Of a DNA stretch of 64,000 bases, positions 1-9,400 are shown in pieces. The stretch spans positions 10,722 to 74,721 of IMG/VR virus record IMGVR_UViG_3300008107_000046. One strand, given 5' to 3'. The notes under the pieces were generated by a model that was not told the DNA's origin, did no database searches, and was given only the letters and a program-made list of their open reading frames with translations. The translations under genes and the position numbers were made by a program. Numbering within the stretch: the first letter of the stretch is position 1; each line of letters starts with the position of its first letter. The stretch is from a virus.

Positions 1-2
1 CG

Positions 3-668
3 TATGATGGTTATAATTTCAAGTCTATAGATAAATTGCTAGATCCAGATAGAGGATATAATTCTTACATTTATAATATGAATACTGGATTGCCATCTGG
101 ATATACTGGTAAAATATTGGAATATTATTCTGATAAAACTATTGATGTTCAAAAAAGATTAATGATTGGTGGATATGGTACTAAACTTGAGGGGTTTGAT
201 CCATATACGGATAAATTTGGATATGCTTTAGTTGATTCTAAAAATCAACCTCAACTTGGAGGTAAAAAAATGCCTAAATTGACTTCTGATTTTACTGGAC
301 CTTCTAGAAAATCAATAAGAAGACTTGATATAGGACAACTTCCAAATGGATCAACAAGTAAAGAACAATTGAAAGGTGCGTTTACTCAAAATTTAGATGC
401 TGGTAATGTCATTGCACAATCTGCAATGAGATACAATCAGTTATTTACTTTAATAATGACTATAACTATTGCTGGAGATATTTCAATTAGGGCAGGTGAT
501 TTAATATATTGTGATTTTCCAGGGACAACCCCAAAAGAAAACCCAGATCCAGATAAGGAAATAAGTGGTATATATATGATATCGGATATATGCCATTTTA
601 TAGAACCAAAAAGAACATTCACTAAAATGAATTTAGTTCGTGGTTCTTTTGGGAGAACACCAAAGTAA
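3..668 (+). CDS. Baseplate hub/tail protein, C-terminal part (5' end outside window)
   Basis: Frame is open from position 3. C-terminus 'AGDISIRAGDLIYCDFP...SGIYMISDICH' resembles gp27/GpD-like hub proteins. Lies upstream of gp5. Confidence 0.6.
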   Translation, partial: YDGYNFKSIDKLLDPDRGYNSYIYNMNTGLPSGYTGKILEYYSDKTIDVQKRLMIGGYGTKLEGFDPYTDKFGYALVDSKNQPQLGGKKMPKLTSDFTGPSRKSIRRLDIGQLPNGSTSKEQLKGAFTQNLDAGNVIAQSAMRYNQLFTLIMTITIAGDISIRAGDLIYCDFPGTTPKENPDPDKEISGIYMISDICHFIEPKRTFTKMNLVRGSFGRTPK

Positions 669-680
669 GGAGGTTAAATT

Positions 681-893
681 ATGGACAATATCAATCAACA
701 TATTGACAGAGATAGAAAAATACTTGAGGATCCAACTATTTCTTCTCAGGCAAGAAGACATACTAAAGAAGAACTAACTTCTCTTGAGAAATATAAGCAG
801 CGTCATCCAGAAGATGATCATGATCCAACACCATTTGAATTATATTGTGATGAAAATCCAAACGCTCTTGAATGTAGGATTTACGAAGACTGA
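681..893 (+). CDS. cp12: CP12 Calvin-cycle inhibitor (C-terminal Cys pair type)
   Basis: 70 aa ending PTPFELYCDENPNALECRIYED, the CP12 C-terminal signature. RBS AAGGAGG upstream. Confidence 0.92.
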   Translation: MDNINQHIDRDRKILEDPTISSQARRHTKEELTSLEKYKQRHPEDDHDPTPFELYCDENPNALECRIYED

Positions 894-3259
894 TGGAATT
901 TACTGGATCTCTTTTTGATACAAATGCCCATGTTAACTATTGGGAAGGTATTGTTGTCGATAGGAATGAATGGCCAAGAACGGATACACCAATAAAGGAT
1001 GCTAAAGAACTTAACAACTGGGGTTATAGAGTTAAAGTAAGAATACAAGGAGTTCACCCTGCGGATAAAAATATATTACCAGATTCTAAATTACCCTGGA
1101 TAGAACTTCCAGGTAGTTTTTTTGGTAGTGGTCATCGTGGTGCTGGAATTACTCCAGGTGTAACTCAAGGGTCTATTGTTTGGGGTATATGGGCAGTACC
1201 TTCACTTAAAAAAACTCCTATTATATTAGGAGTAAAACAAAACAATGAGCAAACAAATTTAAGTAGAACTCAAGTTGGTGGTTTTGATCCATTTAGTGGG
1301 TTTAGTGATACTGATACTGTTCCAGGATATTCTGTACCTTTAACTGAAGGAAATCCATTAGAAGGTATTGCTTTTGGTAATTTTTGGAACCAGTCTGATG
1401 CTGGTAAAATGGAAGAATATACTTTTGGTATAGATTCACCTAAACCATGTACAGCATCTCCATTATCTGAAATACAACTTACGATACAATCATTAATACA
1501 AAAAATAGAAAAAGTTCAAAGACAATTAAAAACTTGGGCAAGTGCTGCTCAGGGGTGGATTGCTGAAAAACAAGCATATATTAATAAGTTAATTGAAGAG
1601 GCAGCAAAAAAAGTTGCTGAAGGTATTAGATGGTTAATGGAAACCATTAGAAAATATGTAATGGAATATGTACAAGACAAAATTAAAAAATTATATTTTT
1701 TAATTAATCCTTCAGATAGAGATAAAGCAAAAACTGCTCAAGATAAAGTTGTTGAACTTATAACATGTTTGTTTAATAAAATTATCAATGGTTTATTGGG
1801 AATAGTTCTTGGTTTATTAAAAAATGCTTTAGGTAGATTTGTTAATGTGCCAAAGTGTGTTGTTGAAAATATAATGTCTTCACTACTTGGAAATCTTTTT
1901 GGGTTTATTGGTGGAGCAATAGACAATATTTTAAGTTCTATTTCATCATTAATTGGTGGAATTGCTAGTGTTGCTGATGGAATTCTTGGATTATTAAAAA
2001 CTATACTAGGATTTTTCTCCTGTGATGATAATAATGATTGTCCAGAAACAACACAATGGAATATCTGGGGTGGTGGAAGACCATCTGCTACTTTTGATTT
2101 AGAATCAATATTTAATGAAGCTAAAAACATTGCATCCACTGTTAAAAATATTGCAGATCCAGATAATTTTAATTTTGATTTTACTGGAATGTTTTCTAAT
2201 CTTGCAAGTGGTGTAACTGGTTGTTTTACTGGACCAGTTTTATGTGGACCACCAAGAGTAGAATTTTTTGGTGGTGGTGGAAGTGGTGCTAGTGCAAATG
2301 CAATTATAAGTGCTACTGGTGAAATTATGGGAGTTGATATTATTACACCTGGATCTGGATACAGTAAAGCACCGTTTGCTAATATTGTTGATGATTGTGG
2401 TAAAGGTAAAGGTGCTGTAGTAAGGGCAGTTATTGGTCCTGTCACAACTCCAACTTCTCCTACTACTGGCGGTACTACTACAGGAACTGGTGGAGAAACT
2501 GGTGGAACAAATACTGGTACTGGTACGGGTACAGGTGGAGGTGTGGGTACGGGTGTTAATGGTAACGATGGAGGAACTGGAGCAGGTGCTGGAACAGGCA
2601 CTGGATTAACAGAAACTTTGGGTGTTATTGCCGTAGTTGTTGAAGAACCAGGATTTGATTATATTCCTTCTCCAGATGGTGATTTAGGTGGTGATGGTAG
2701 GATATGGGCAACTGCTGATCAAACTATTGTCAGAAGAAGTGACGGAACGTATGATGATCCATATAATGACGATGAAGAAATACCAAATTTAAATCCTGGT
2801 GATTTTGTAAGCACCCCTTCAGATAGAAATAGTTTAATTAACTTAGGTGGTGGAACTGGACAAGGAGTTGTTGGTGATGGATTTGTTGTTCGCAATTATC
2901 CTACTAGTGGTAGTGGTGAATATCCAGTTTTACTTTATCTTTGTGGAGTTGAAGTTGTTAGGTCTGGTATAAATTATTCTCCTACTGATAGAATTATCAT
3001 AGAACCAAATATTACTGGTACTATTTTAGAACCAGTTTGGGGACCATTTGGTGTTTTAGAAAAAGTAAATATACTTTCCCCTGGAATTGGATTTACCGAA
3101 AGACCACAAATCTATGTTAAGAGTGACACAGGATATAACGCTCAACTCAATCCTGTATTTTGTGTAAATAGAGTGGGTGATGATACTGTTGGTGAAATTC
3201 CTTCAGATATTACACCAGATAAAATCTTAAAAGTTGTAGACTGTGTTGGAATAGTTTAA
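893..3259 (+). CDS. Baseplate hub subunit, gp5-like (N-terminal OB fold)
   Basis: 'YRVKVRIQGVH...LPDSKLPW' matches the T4 gp5 N-terminal domain. Gly/Thr-rich linker. Repeated 'V...GSGY' motifs typical of cyanophage structural proteins. Confidence 0.8.
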   Translation: MEFTGSLFDTNAHVNYWEGIVVDRNEWPRTDTPIKDAKELNNWGYRVKVRIQGVHPADKNILPDSKLPWIELPGSFFGSGHRGAGITPGVTQGSIVWGIWAVPSLKKTPIILGVKQNNEQTNLSRTQVGGFDPFSGFSDTDTVPGYSVPLTEGNPLEGIAFGNFWNQSDAGKMEEYTFGIDSPKPCTASPLSEIQLTIQSLIQKIEKVQRQLKTWASAAQGWIAEKQAYINKLIEEAAKKVAEGIRWLMETIRKYVMEYVQDKIKKLYFLINPSDRDKAKTAQDKVVELITCLFNKIINGLLGIVLGLLKNALGRFVNVPKCVVENIMSSLLGNLFGFIGGAIDNILSSISSLIGGIASVADGILGLLKTILGFFSCDDNNDCPETTQWNIWGGGRPSATFDLESIFNEAKNIASTVKNIADPDNFNFDFTGMFSNLASGVTGCFTGPVLCGPPRVEFFGGGGSGASANAIISATGEIMGVDIITPGSGYSKAPFANIVDDCGKGKGAVVRAVIGPVTTPTSPTTGGTTTGTGGETGGTNTGTGTGTGGGVGTGVNGNDGGTGAGAGTGTGLTETLGVIAVVVEEPGFDYIPSPDGDLGGDGRIWATADQTIVRRSDGTYDDPYNDDEEIPNLNPGDFVSTPSDRNSLINLGGGTGQGVVGDGFVVRNYPTSGSGEYPVLLYLCGVEVVRSGINYSPTDRIIIEPNITGTILEPVWGPFGVLEKVNILSPGIGFTERPQIYVKSDTGYNAQLNPVFCVNRVGDDTVGEIPSDITPDKILKVVDCVGIV

Positions 3260-3837
3260 TGGCAAAACCTAAAACAGAATCCAGAAGAATGGGAACTCAT
3301 GAAGGTGAGTTAAAATTTGGTCATGTTGATATGAATGGAACAATGTCTGGTGTTCAATTGAGAAATGGTCCACCAGGACCAGATGCTGAACATTTTATGC
3401 AATTTTGTTCCACTGGAAAGATGAAAGGTGGTACAATTAATCGATGCCCTACGGTATATCAAATTCATTGTGCGGAAAAATCTGTTGATGGTATAGGATT
3501 TATATTAAATGTTGCTGATGGTGATATTGTTTTACGTGCTGCAAATGGAAGAATACGTTTGATTGCTGATAATATTGATTTAAAAGCGCGAGGTAAGGAC
3601 GGTAAAAATGGATTTATAAATCTTGACGCTGATGAAAAAGTTGTAATGCGAGCAAAAAATATTGAGGTAAATGGTACGTCAGTAGTTAAATTTTTCTCTT
3701 CTGGATTGTGTGAAATTGTTGGTAAAAATACTCTAAATTTTTATGGGGGTCTTGTTGATTGTGCTGATGGTGCAACTACTGGATTAAATTCTAAACATAC
3801 TTCTGGTTTAGAAATACAAGAAATGTTTACTGTATAA
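3259..3837 (+). CDS. Putative baseplate spike / gp5 C-terminal beta-helix-like protein
   Basis: Alternating hydrophobic beta repeats (DIVLRA.NGRIRLIADNIDLKA). Start overlaps the gp5 stop codon. Confidence 0.55.
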   Translation: MAKPKTESRRMGTHEGELKFGHVDMNGTMSGVQLRNGPPGPDAEHFMQFCSTGKMKGGTINRCPTVYQIHCAEKSVDGIGFILNVADGDIVLRAANGRIRLIADNIDLKARGKDGKNGFINLDADEKVVMRAKNIEVNGTSVVKFFSSGLCEIVGKNTLNFYGGLVDCADGATTGLNSKHTSGLEIQEMFTV

Positions 3838-3841
3838 GAAT

Positions 3842-4525
3842 ATGAAATTACCAGACATAGAAATAGGAAAAAGATTATTTTGTGGTAAAGGAAATCCTAC
3901 AAATGTTTTAGGTGTTGGTCCTACAGAAGTTCGTGGTTCTGGATATATTGAAGGTCCAACTGTAACTGGGGATCCTAGTTTGTTTAAACCAGCGCCACAA
4001 GAAATGGCAACGGTGATGTGTGGTCCAACAAAAAATCCAGATGTTGTTAAAGTTGGCACTATACCATTTCTTTCCTTGTTTGTGCAAACTTATGCAAGGA
4101 TTAAAGCTTTTTTGAAAGTTGATACTTTATTGTCAGTCAGGTTAATTAAATCTGATGTGATTTATACTAATGTTTTAATGGCGAACACTAAAAATTTCGT
4201 TATAGATCATCCATTAAAAGAGGGTAAAAAATTAGTTCATGGATGCCTTGAAGGACCAGAACATTCTGTATATGTTAGAGGAAGATTAAGAAATAATAAT
4301 ATAATTGAATTGCCAGACTATTGGATTAACTTAGTTGATGAAACTACAATTACAGTTTCTTTGACTGCTATTGGTGCAGAACAATCTTTATTTGTTGCAA
4401 AAATTAAAGATAATAAAATAGTTGTAGGTAACTATATGACTGAATTTGGTGAGTTACCAATAGATTGTTTTTACCATGTGTTCGCTGAAAGGAAAGATGT
4501 AAATAAATTAGAAACGGAGATTTGA
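3842..4525 (+). CDS. Virion structural protein with C-terminal 'F.IDHP...CLEGPE..VY.RG' domain
   Basis: ORF in the baseplate operon. C-terminal domain is shared with the next gene. Confidence 0.55.
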   Translation: MKLPDIEIGKRLFCGKGNPTNVLGVGPTEVRGSGYIEGPTVTGDPSLFKPAPQEMATVMCGPTKNPDVVKVGTIPFLSLFVQTYARIKAFLKVDTLLSVRLIKSDVIYTNVLMANTKNFVIDHPLKEGKKLVHGCLEGPEHSVYVRGRLRNNNIIELPDYWINLVDETTITVSLTAIGAEQSLFVAKIKDNKIVVGNYMTEFGELPIDCFYHVFAERKDVNKLETEI

Positions 4526-4527
4526 TT

Positions 4528-5328
4528 ATGCCAGCATTTAATTTTAAACAATATGGTACGTTTACTGGACCAGCAAAAAATTATGAGTTCATTGATGATG
4601 ATGCAACTTGGTGGAGTGATCTTCCAATAGATAGTTCATTTAAACTTAGTGATATTGGTGTTCTATTTTTCAATAACCAGGCAGACTATGCATATTTCCA
4701 TTTGTATGGAGTATCAACAAGCTTAGTTACTTTTGAAAAAAACAGCGGAGATTTACCTAACTTACTTGCCAATATTCAAAATACTATATTTAATGGAAAT
4801 ATAATCATTAATGGAACTACTGTAGCAAATGATAATATTGTATGTAATGCTAACGTTTCTTGTAATGGTGTATTAAATTTATCTGGAGTTGGTAATGCTG
4901 CTTCATACATGACAACTACCAGAACTATTGCTCAATCTAAAAAGTCTTTTGATATTCCTCATCCGTTAAAAGATGACCATAGACTTAGATATGTTTGTTT
5001 AGAAGGTCCTGCAGCAGAAGTTTATATCAGAGGTAAATTAGAAAATGAAAATATTATTACGTTACCAGAATATTGGAGTAGTTTAATAGATCAAGAAACA
5101 ATAGGGGTAACATTAACACCTATTGGATATCATCAAGAATTATTTGTTGAAAAAATAGAGTGGGGATCCAGAATTGTCATTAAAAATAATTCTGGTGGAG
5201 CAGTAAATTGTTATTACACAGTTACTGCAGAGAGAAAAGATACCCCCAAAAACATTCCAGAATATAAGGGGTTGACACCAAACGACTATCCAGGAGATAA
5301 TGATACTTATAATGTGAATGGACTATAG
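4528..5328 (+). CDS. Virion structural protein, paralogous C-terminal 'FDIPHP...CLEGP..EVYIRG' domain
   Basis: Beta-repeat middle section plus a C-terminal domain homologous to that of 3842-4525. Confidence 0.55.
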   Translation: MPAFNFKQYGTFTGPAKNYEFIDDDATWWSDLPIDSSFKLSDIGVLFFNNQADYAYFHLYGVSTSLVTFEKNSGDLPNLLANIQNTIFNGNIIINGTTVANDNIVCNANVSCNGVLNLSGVGNAASYMTTTRTIAQSKKSFDIPHPLKDDHRLRYVCLEGPAAEVYIRGKLENENIITLPEYWSSLIDQETIGVTLTPIGYHQELFVEKIEWGSRIVIKNNSGGAVNCYYTVTAERKDTPKNIPEYKGLTPNDYPGDNDTYNVNGL

Positions 5329-6005
5329 TGAATAAAATACATGAAATATTTCCATTGGTTGTTTATCAAGGAACAATAGATTGTCATAATGAATTTAAAG
5401 AAAAACATGTAAATTCATTGCGGGATTATTGGTTTAATGGGTATCAAAATGAAAGTCCAGAGTATTCTGGTAGAATTTTTGTTCACCATAATAAAGAATA
5501 TAAGATGTTCTTTGATGATCTTAAAAAAAATTTAGATCAATATATGGAACACTTGAATGTTGATTATAGTAAGTTAAGTTATCATATTATTAAAGCATGG
5601 GTTGGATATCATAAAGATGACGAAACACCATCTATTCAACCACATTATCATAATGAAGCAAACATTAGTTTTGTATATTATTTAAAAACCGATGAGACTT
5701 CTGATAAACTTTGCATCCAACAGCAAACAAATAGAAATGAATTTGCTGGTGGATTATTTGAAGTTGCTCAACAAAGAAATACTCTAATTGGATACAATAA
5801 GTATAACTGTAATTACTACACAGTGACACCAACTGAAGGTACTATTGTGATGTTTCCAAGTGATGTATATCACTTTACTCAAAAAACTACTGAAAGAAAA
5901 GGTGAAAGAATTGTTATTCCTGGTGATATTCGGATAACATTAAAGGAAGATAATCCAGACTATCATCAAGGGTCTACTCATCCATCTCAGTGGTTAGAAT
6001 TATAA
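5328..6005 (+). CDS. 2OG-Fe(II) oxygenase (TIGR02466-like)
   Basis: 'W....PHYH..ANISFVYYL...PTEGTIVMFPS...H...ERIVI' motif set. Confidence 0.8.
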   Translation: MNKIHEIFPLVVYQGTIDCHNEFKEKHVNSLRDYWFNGYQNESPEYSGRIFVHHNKEYKMFFDDLKKNLDQYMEHLNVDYSKLSYHIIKAWVGYHKDDETPSIQPHYHNEANISFVYYLKTDETSDKLCIQQQTNRNEFAGGLFEVAQQRNTLIGYNKYNCNYYTVTPTEGTIVMFPSDVYHFTQKTTERKGERIVIPGDIRITLKEDNPDYHQGSTHPSQWLEL

Positions 6006-6014
6006 ATTAAAAAA

Positions 6015-6020
6015 TAAATA
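6015..6020 (+). promoter_or_regulatory. T4-like late promoter (TAAATA)
   Basis: ATAAATA in the short intergenic gap before a structural gene. Confidence 0.55.
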
Positions 6021-6041
6021 ACTTAACAGCATACCATAGTT

Positions 6042-7241
6042 ATGACAACATTATCAACAGTTGGACAGACAGTTGTTTCTGGTTTAACATCAGAATCTTC
6101 AAATAGAACAGAAAGTAATTCTACTTTTGCAATTCCATTAGGAATAGCTGGTACTTCTATTAGTCAGTACCAATTGCCTGCAAGAGAATTAGATCTTGAA
6201 ATACTTGAAAATGTTCAACCAATATTAGATCAAATAAATGCTAAAAAATCACAAATAGTTTCTATTTGTGATCAAGTAATGTCTTCTTATATTCCTGGAA
6301 TAGCACCACCTTTATGTGCTGTTGAATCGGAACCGTCAAATTTAGATTCTCCAGTTATTTCTGATACTGATAAATATCCTGCCGTTATTGGTGGTTTTAG
6401 TGTTGCTGGAACTCCTAATCCAGGGACACCTCAAATTGCATATGGAAATGTCAGACCAGATAATATAAGAATATTGAGATACCCTAATTTAGAGAATAGA
6501 GTTGCTCCTAATGATAATGCTTTAGAGAATTATAAGTTTCCTGTATTGACATCTCAGAATGCTGGGCAAGGAAAAATAGATTCTTTTTTCAAAAATTCAA
6601 AATACAACGATGGTGTTCTTACTTACTATGTAACTAGTGATTCTGGCAATTGGAGTAGTGAAGCATGGAATAGTAATAGTAATGTAATTGGTCAGTATGT
6701 CAAAGTTACTGGACCAGGAATTGGTACTGTGGGAATTCCTGGAGCATATGATCATCCATCTCAAACATTTACACCAGAACCAGAATATTCTTCAATAGTT
6801 TCTGGATTAACTGGTATTACTACTGGAACTTTTAATGGTATTAGTGTTAATTTTAATCCAACAACATTGAAAATGGAATCAACTGGATTTTTTCCATTAT
6901 TTCTTTCTACCACAGGAACACTTGTTATTGCTTCTGGACTTAATGCAACAACTATTATTAATAGTATTAGTACTTTAGAATCTGAAATTGAAGCATTGAG
7001 GGTTGGGATTAGTACATGGTTCACTGAAGTTAATACTTTAAAAGAAAGAAGACATGGGCAACAGTTGAGAGTGTGGAGTTATAAGAGAGTTCAGCAGAGA
7101 AATAGCACTGAAAATGTTAATATTGGATTGGGAATAACTTCTGTTGAACGAGTTGATCCTAGACTACCAACTACAATTTACAACTTCTCTAGTGAAGATA
7201 ATAGATTTGATGATACCAGTATAACATTCGATGCTAACTGA
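6042..7241 (+). CDS. Putative virion structural protein
   Basis: 399-aa S/T/G-rich ORF with a coiled-coil end, following a late promoter. Confidence 0.5.
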   Translation: MTTLSTVGQTVVSGLTSESSNRTESNSTFAIPLGIAGTSISQYQLPARELDLEILENVQPILDQINAKKSQIVSICDQVMSSYIPGIAPPLCAVESEPSNLDSPVISDTDKYPAVIGGFSVAGTPNPGTPQIAYGNVRPDNIRILRYPNLENRVAPNDNALENYKFPVLTSQNAGQGKIDSFFKNSKYNDGVLTYYVTSDSGNWSSEAWNSNSNVIGQYVKVTGPGIGTVGIPGAYDHPSQTFTPEPEYSSIVSGLTGITTGTFNGISVNFNPTTLKMESTGFFPLFLSTTGTLVIASGLNATTIINSISTLESEIEALRVGISTWFTEVNTLKERRHGQQLRVWSYKRVQQRNSTENVNIGLGITSVERVDPRLPTTIYNFSSEDNRFDDTSITFDAN

Positions 7242-7244
7242 TAA

Positions 7245-7250
7245 TAAATA
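7245..7250 (+). promoter_or_regulatory. T4-like late promoter (TAAATA)
   Basis: Intergenic ATAAATA about 25 nt upstream of the ATG at 7275. Confidence 0.55.
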
Positions 7251-7274
7251 ATAACAAAATTATTTTATATAATA

Positions 7275-7871
7275 ATGGCAAAATCACTTATTAGTATTGG
7301 ATCGACATCTAATGATGGAACTGGAGATACATTAAGAGCGGGCGCAGAAAAAATTAACGCCAATTTTGATGAAATCTACAGCACATTTGGAAATGGAACA
7401 TCTTTAAGTTCTTCAGTTTCAAATGCAACAACATCTTCTTATGCATCAGTTGCTGGTATTGCAACAATTGCACAGGGATTAAGTGGCGCTCCTAATATTA
7501 CTGCAGGAATTGTAACTACATCTGGAAATTTAAATGTAGTTGGAATTATTACTTCATCAGGCGCAACAATTTACAACACAACTACATTAAACAATGTGGT
7601 TATTAGTGGTGTAAATACGCACAGCAATGTATCAAATTTCACTAATACTGTTAATTTTACTGGGACTAGTAATAGTATTAATCAATCTGCAGGAACCGCT
7701 GCCATTAATAGATTAGTTGTATCTGGGGTCACGACTTCTGGTGTAGGTAATACTGCAACTCTTGGTACTAATAGTACCATGCAATTTTTCCTTCAAAATG
7801 ATACAACTCTACGTGTTGCAGTTAGAGGTAGTGATGGGGTAACTAGATATGGAACAATCTCACTTGCTTAA
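7275..7871 (+). CDS. Baseplate wedge / tail-fibre connector with gp9/gp10-type N-terminus
   Basis: N-terminal 'ISIGSTSNDGTGDTLRAGAEKINANFDEIY' is the T4 gp9/gp10 motif. Confidence 0.75.
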   Translation: MAKSLISIGSTSNDGTGDTLRAGAEKINANFDEIYSTFGNGTSLSSSVSNATTSSYASVAGIATIAQGLSGAPNITAGIVTTSGNLNVVGIITSSGATIYNTTTLNNVVISGVNTHSNVSNFTNTVNFTGTSNSINQSAGTAAINRLVVSGVTTSGVGNTATLGTNSTMQFFLQNDTTLRVAVRGSDGVTRYGTISLA

Positions 7872-7875
7872 GGGC

Positions 7876-7904
7876 TTGACATACTGGTTTTGACCTTGTA
7901 TAAT
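7876..7904 (+). promoter_or_regulatory. Consensus sigma70 promoter
   Basis: TTGACA (7876-7881), 17-nt spacer, TATAAT (7899-7904). Confidence 0.85.
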
Positions 7905-7928
7905 GATGAGGTAAACAAAGGTGATGCC

Positions 7929-8132
7929 ATGATTGTTGATGATGGAGATGAGTATCTGACACGTTGCGTCGTGGATCCCAGCACTCGTACTTTTTTAATT
8001 TATTCAAACATGGGTAATGAAAAAGTAATTGATTGTGCTAATAGTGATGAATTCCTGAATGTTCTCAGTTTTGTTCGGAGCGTCCTTGGATCTGATACTT
8101 TAGTTTACGCTGATCCCCTTGTGAAAGGGTGA
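7929..8132 (+). CDS. Hypothetical protein
   Basis: ATG at 7929 with AAGGTG RBS, downstream of the promoter. Confidence 0.6.
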   Translation: MIVDDGDEYLTRCVVDPSTRTFLIYSNMGNEKVIDCANSDEFLNVLSFVRSVLGSDTLVYADPLVKG

Positions 8133-8137
8133 TCCCT

Positions 8138-8208
8138 GCGGGTGTGGTGTAGAGGTAACATCTGAGCCTTCCAAGCTCCAGTCACGGGTTCGATCCCCGT
8201 CACCCGCT
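8138..8208 (+). tRNA. tRNA-Gly (TCC)
   Basis: Acceptor stem GCGGGTG/CACCCGC, anticodon arm GAGC-CTTCCAA-GCTC, T-loop GGTTCGATCC. Confidence 0.93.
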
Positions 8209-8281
8209 TACCAAAATTGGACTTTAATTCCATTTTTGGTCGAAAAAATTTCCCGCCAAAAATTTGTTAAAAAACCTTTTT

Positions 8282-8491
8282 ATGAATCCTTATAAAATTT
8301 CATATAAAAAATTGCAGGAAGAAGTAGTTAAAACAACTCCTGAAAATGTTAAAGAAGCAAATGAGGGTTTATTTCATGCCAAAATGACTTTGCCAGCAGC
8401 AGCAAAACATTGTGGAATGACACAAAAAGAAATGAAATTGACTTTTTTTGAATATCTTAAATATAATAAACCTACTTATCAGGGGGAATAA
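8282..8491 (+). CDS. Small HTH-like protein
   Basis: 'MTLPAAAKHCGMTQKEMK' helix-turn-helix pattern. Confidence 0.55.
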   Translation: MNPYKISYKKLQEEVVKTTPENVKEANEGLFHAKMTLPAAAKHCGMTQKEMKLTFFEYLKYNKPTYQGE

Positions 8492-8542
8492 CTAAAGGGA
8501 TTGAGTATAACTCTCCGCCCCCATAAAATAAGGGAGGTAACA

Positions 8543-8818
8543 ATGGCGTATAAAATCAATACTACATATTGTTGGTATGAATTGGACAATGAATATGTCA
8601 TTGTTAAAATGTATTTTATTAATCATTGTCCATTTACCTTTGATGAGTTATCATCTATTGTTAGGCAAGACCCTGAAATAATCTCAATAGCAGATAAAAA
8701 TGTAAAATTTTGCCCAGAAGATTTGTACAAGTCTTCTTTTTATTTGATAGATGAACAAGTACATCCATGTTTATTTACACTAGATTTAGAAAATCCAGAA
8801 GAGTTGCCAAATGATTGA
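8543..8818 (+). CDS. Hypothetical protein
   Basis: ATG at 8543 preceded by a strong GGAGGT RBS. Confidence 0.6.
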   Translation: MAYKINTTYCWYELDNEYVIVKMYFINHCPFTFDELSSIVRQDPEIISIADKNVKFCPEDLYKSSFYLIDEQVHPCLFTLDLENPEELPND

Positions 8819-9296
8819 AAAATTTTGTAAATATTTTGAAGGGTATTTTAACAATCAAAAACAAGCATTTTCTAATCCAAGTTCATTTGCTTTGATTGAA
8901 CTTGAACATTTTCAATTGTCAAGTAATAAATTTAGAATTATCCAAAAGTATAATATTGATCCTACTCCATATAGAAAAAATATTATCGAAATTTTTGAAG
9001 AAAATGATCACTTGTTAATTAAAAATTATAAAGATAATGAAGAATTGACTTATCTTTCTGGGTGTGATATTATTATGGAATATAAAGATAATAAATTTTT
9101 TGGTAAAAATACTTGTAAAGACTGTATTGTTAACTGGCAAGAAAAGTCTACATATTTAATTACTGAAAGTATTCTTACTGAAAATCTTTATGAAGTAGTT
9201 GATCGTGGATTTGATACTACGACTGATGAACAAATTTGGGGTTCTTTTTTTGGATCTTTTCAGTTTAATAAAATTAAATCTTTAATTGAGGAGTAA
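8811..9296 (+). CDS. cpcT: CpcT/CpeT-family phycobiliprotein (bilin) lyase
   Basis: 'G.FNNQKQA...P..FA.I', 'PYR', 'GCD', 'DRGFD....QIWGS..G.F.F' T-type lyase motifs. Confidence 0.88.
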   Translation: MIEKFCKYFEGYFNNQKQAFSNPSSFALIELEHFQLSSNKFRIIQKYNIDPTPYRKNIIEIFEENDHLLIKNYKDNEELTYLSGCDIIMEYKDNKFFGKNTCKDCIVNWQEKSTYLITESILTENLYEVVDRGFDTTTDEQIWGSFFGSFQFNKIKSLIEE

Positions 9297-9307
9297 TCCT
9301 CTATTTT

Positions 9308-9381
9308 GCCTCTGTAGCTCAGTTGGATAGAGCAGGGCTTTTGTAAAGCTCAGGTCGCAAGTTCAAGTCTTGTCGGGGGCT
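9308..9381 (+). tRNA. tRNA-Thr (TGT)
   Basis: Acceptor GCCTCTG/CGGGGGC, D-arm GCTC..GAGC, anticodon loop TTTGTAA, T-loop GTTCAAGT. Confidence 0.9.
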
Positions 9382-9400
9382 TTGAGTTAATAACTCTAAT

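Noticed and set aside
1738-2601. 287-aa Pro/Val-rich minus-strand ORF
   Set aside because: It is the antisense shadow of the Gly/Thr-rich part of gp5, with no independent evidence of coding.
5272-5301. TTGACA-N18-GATAAT as a promoter for the 5328 oxygenase
   Set aside because: Weak -10, suboptimal spacing, and it lies inside a coding region of an already coupled operon.
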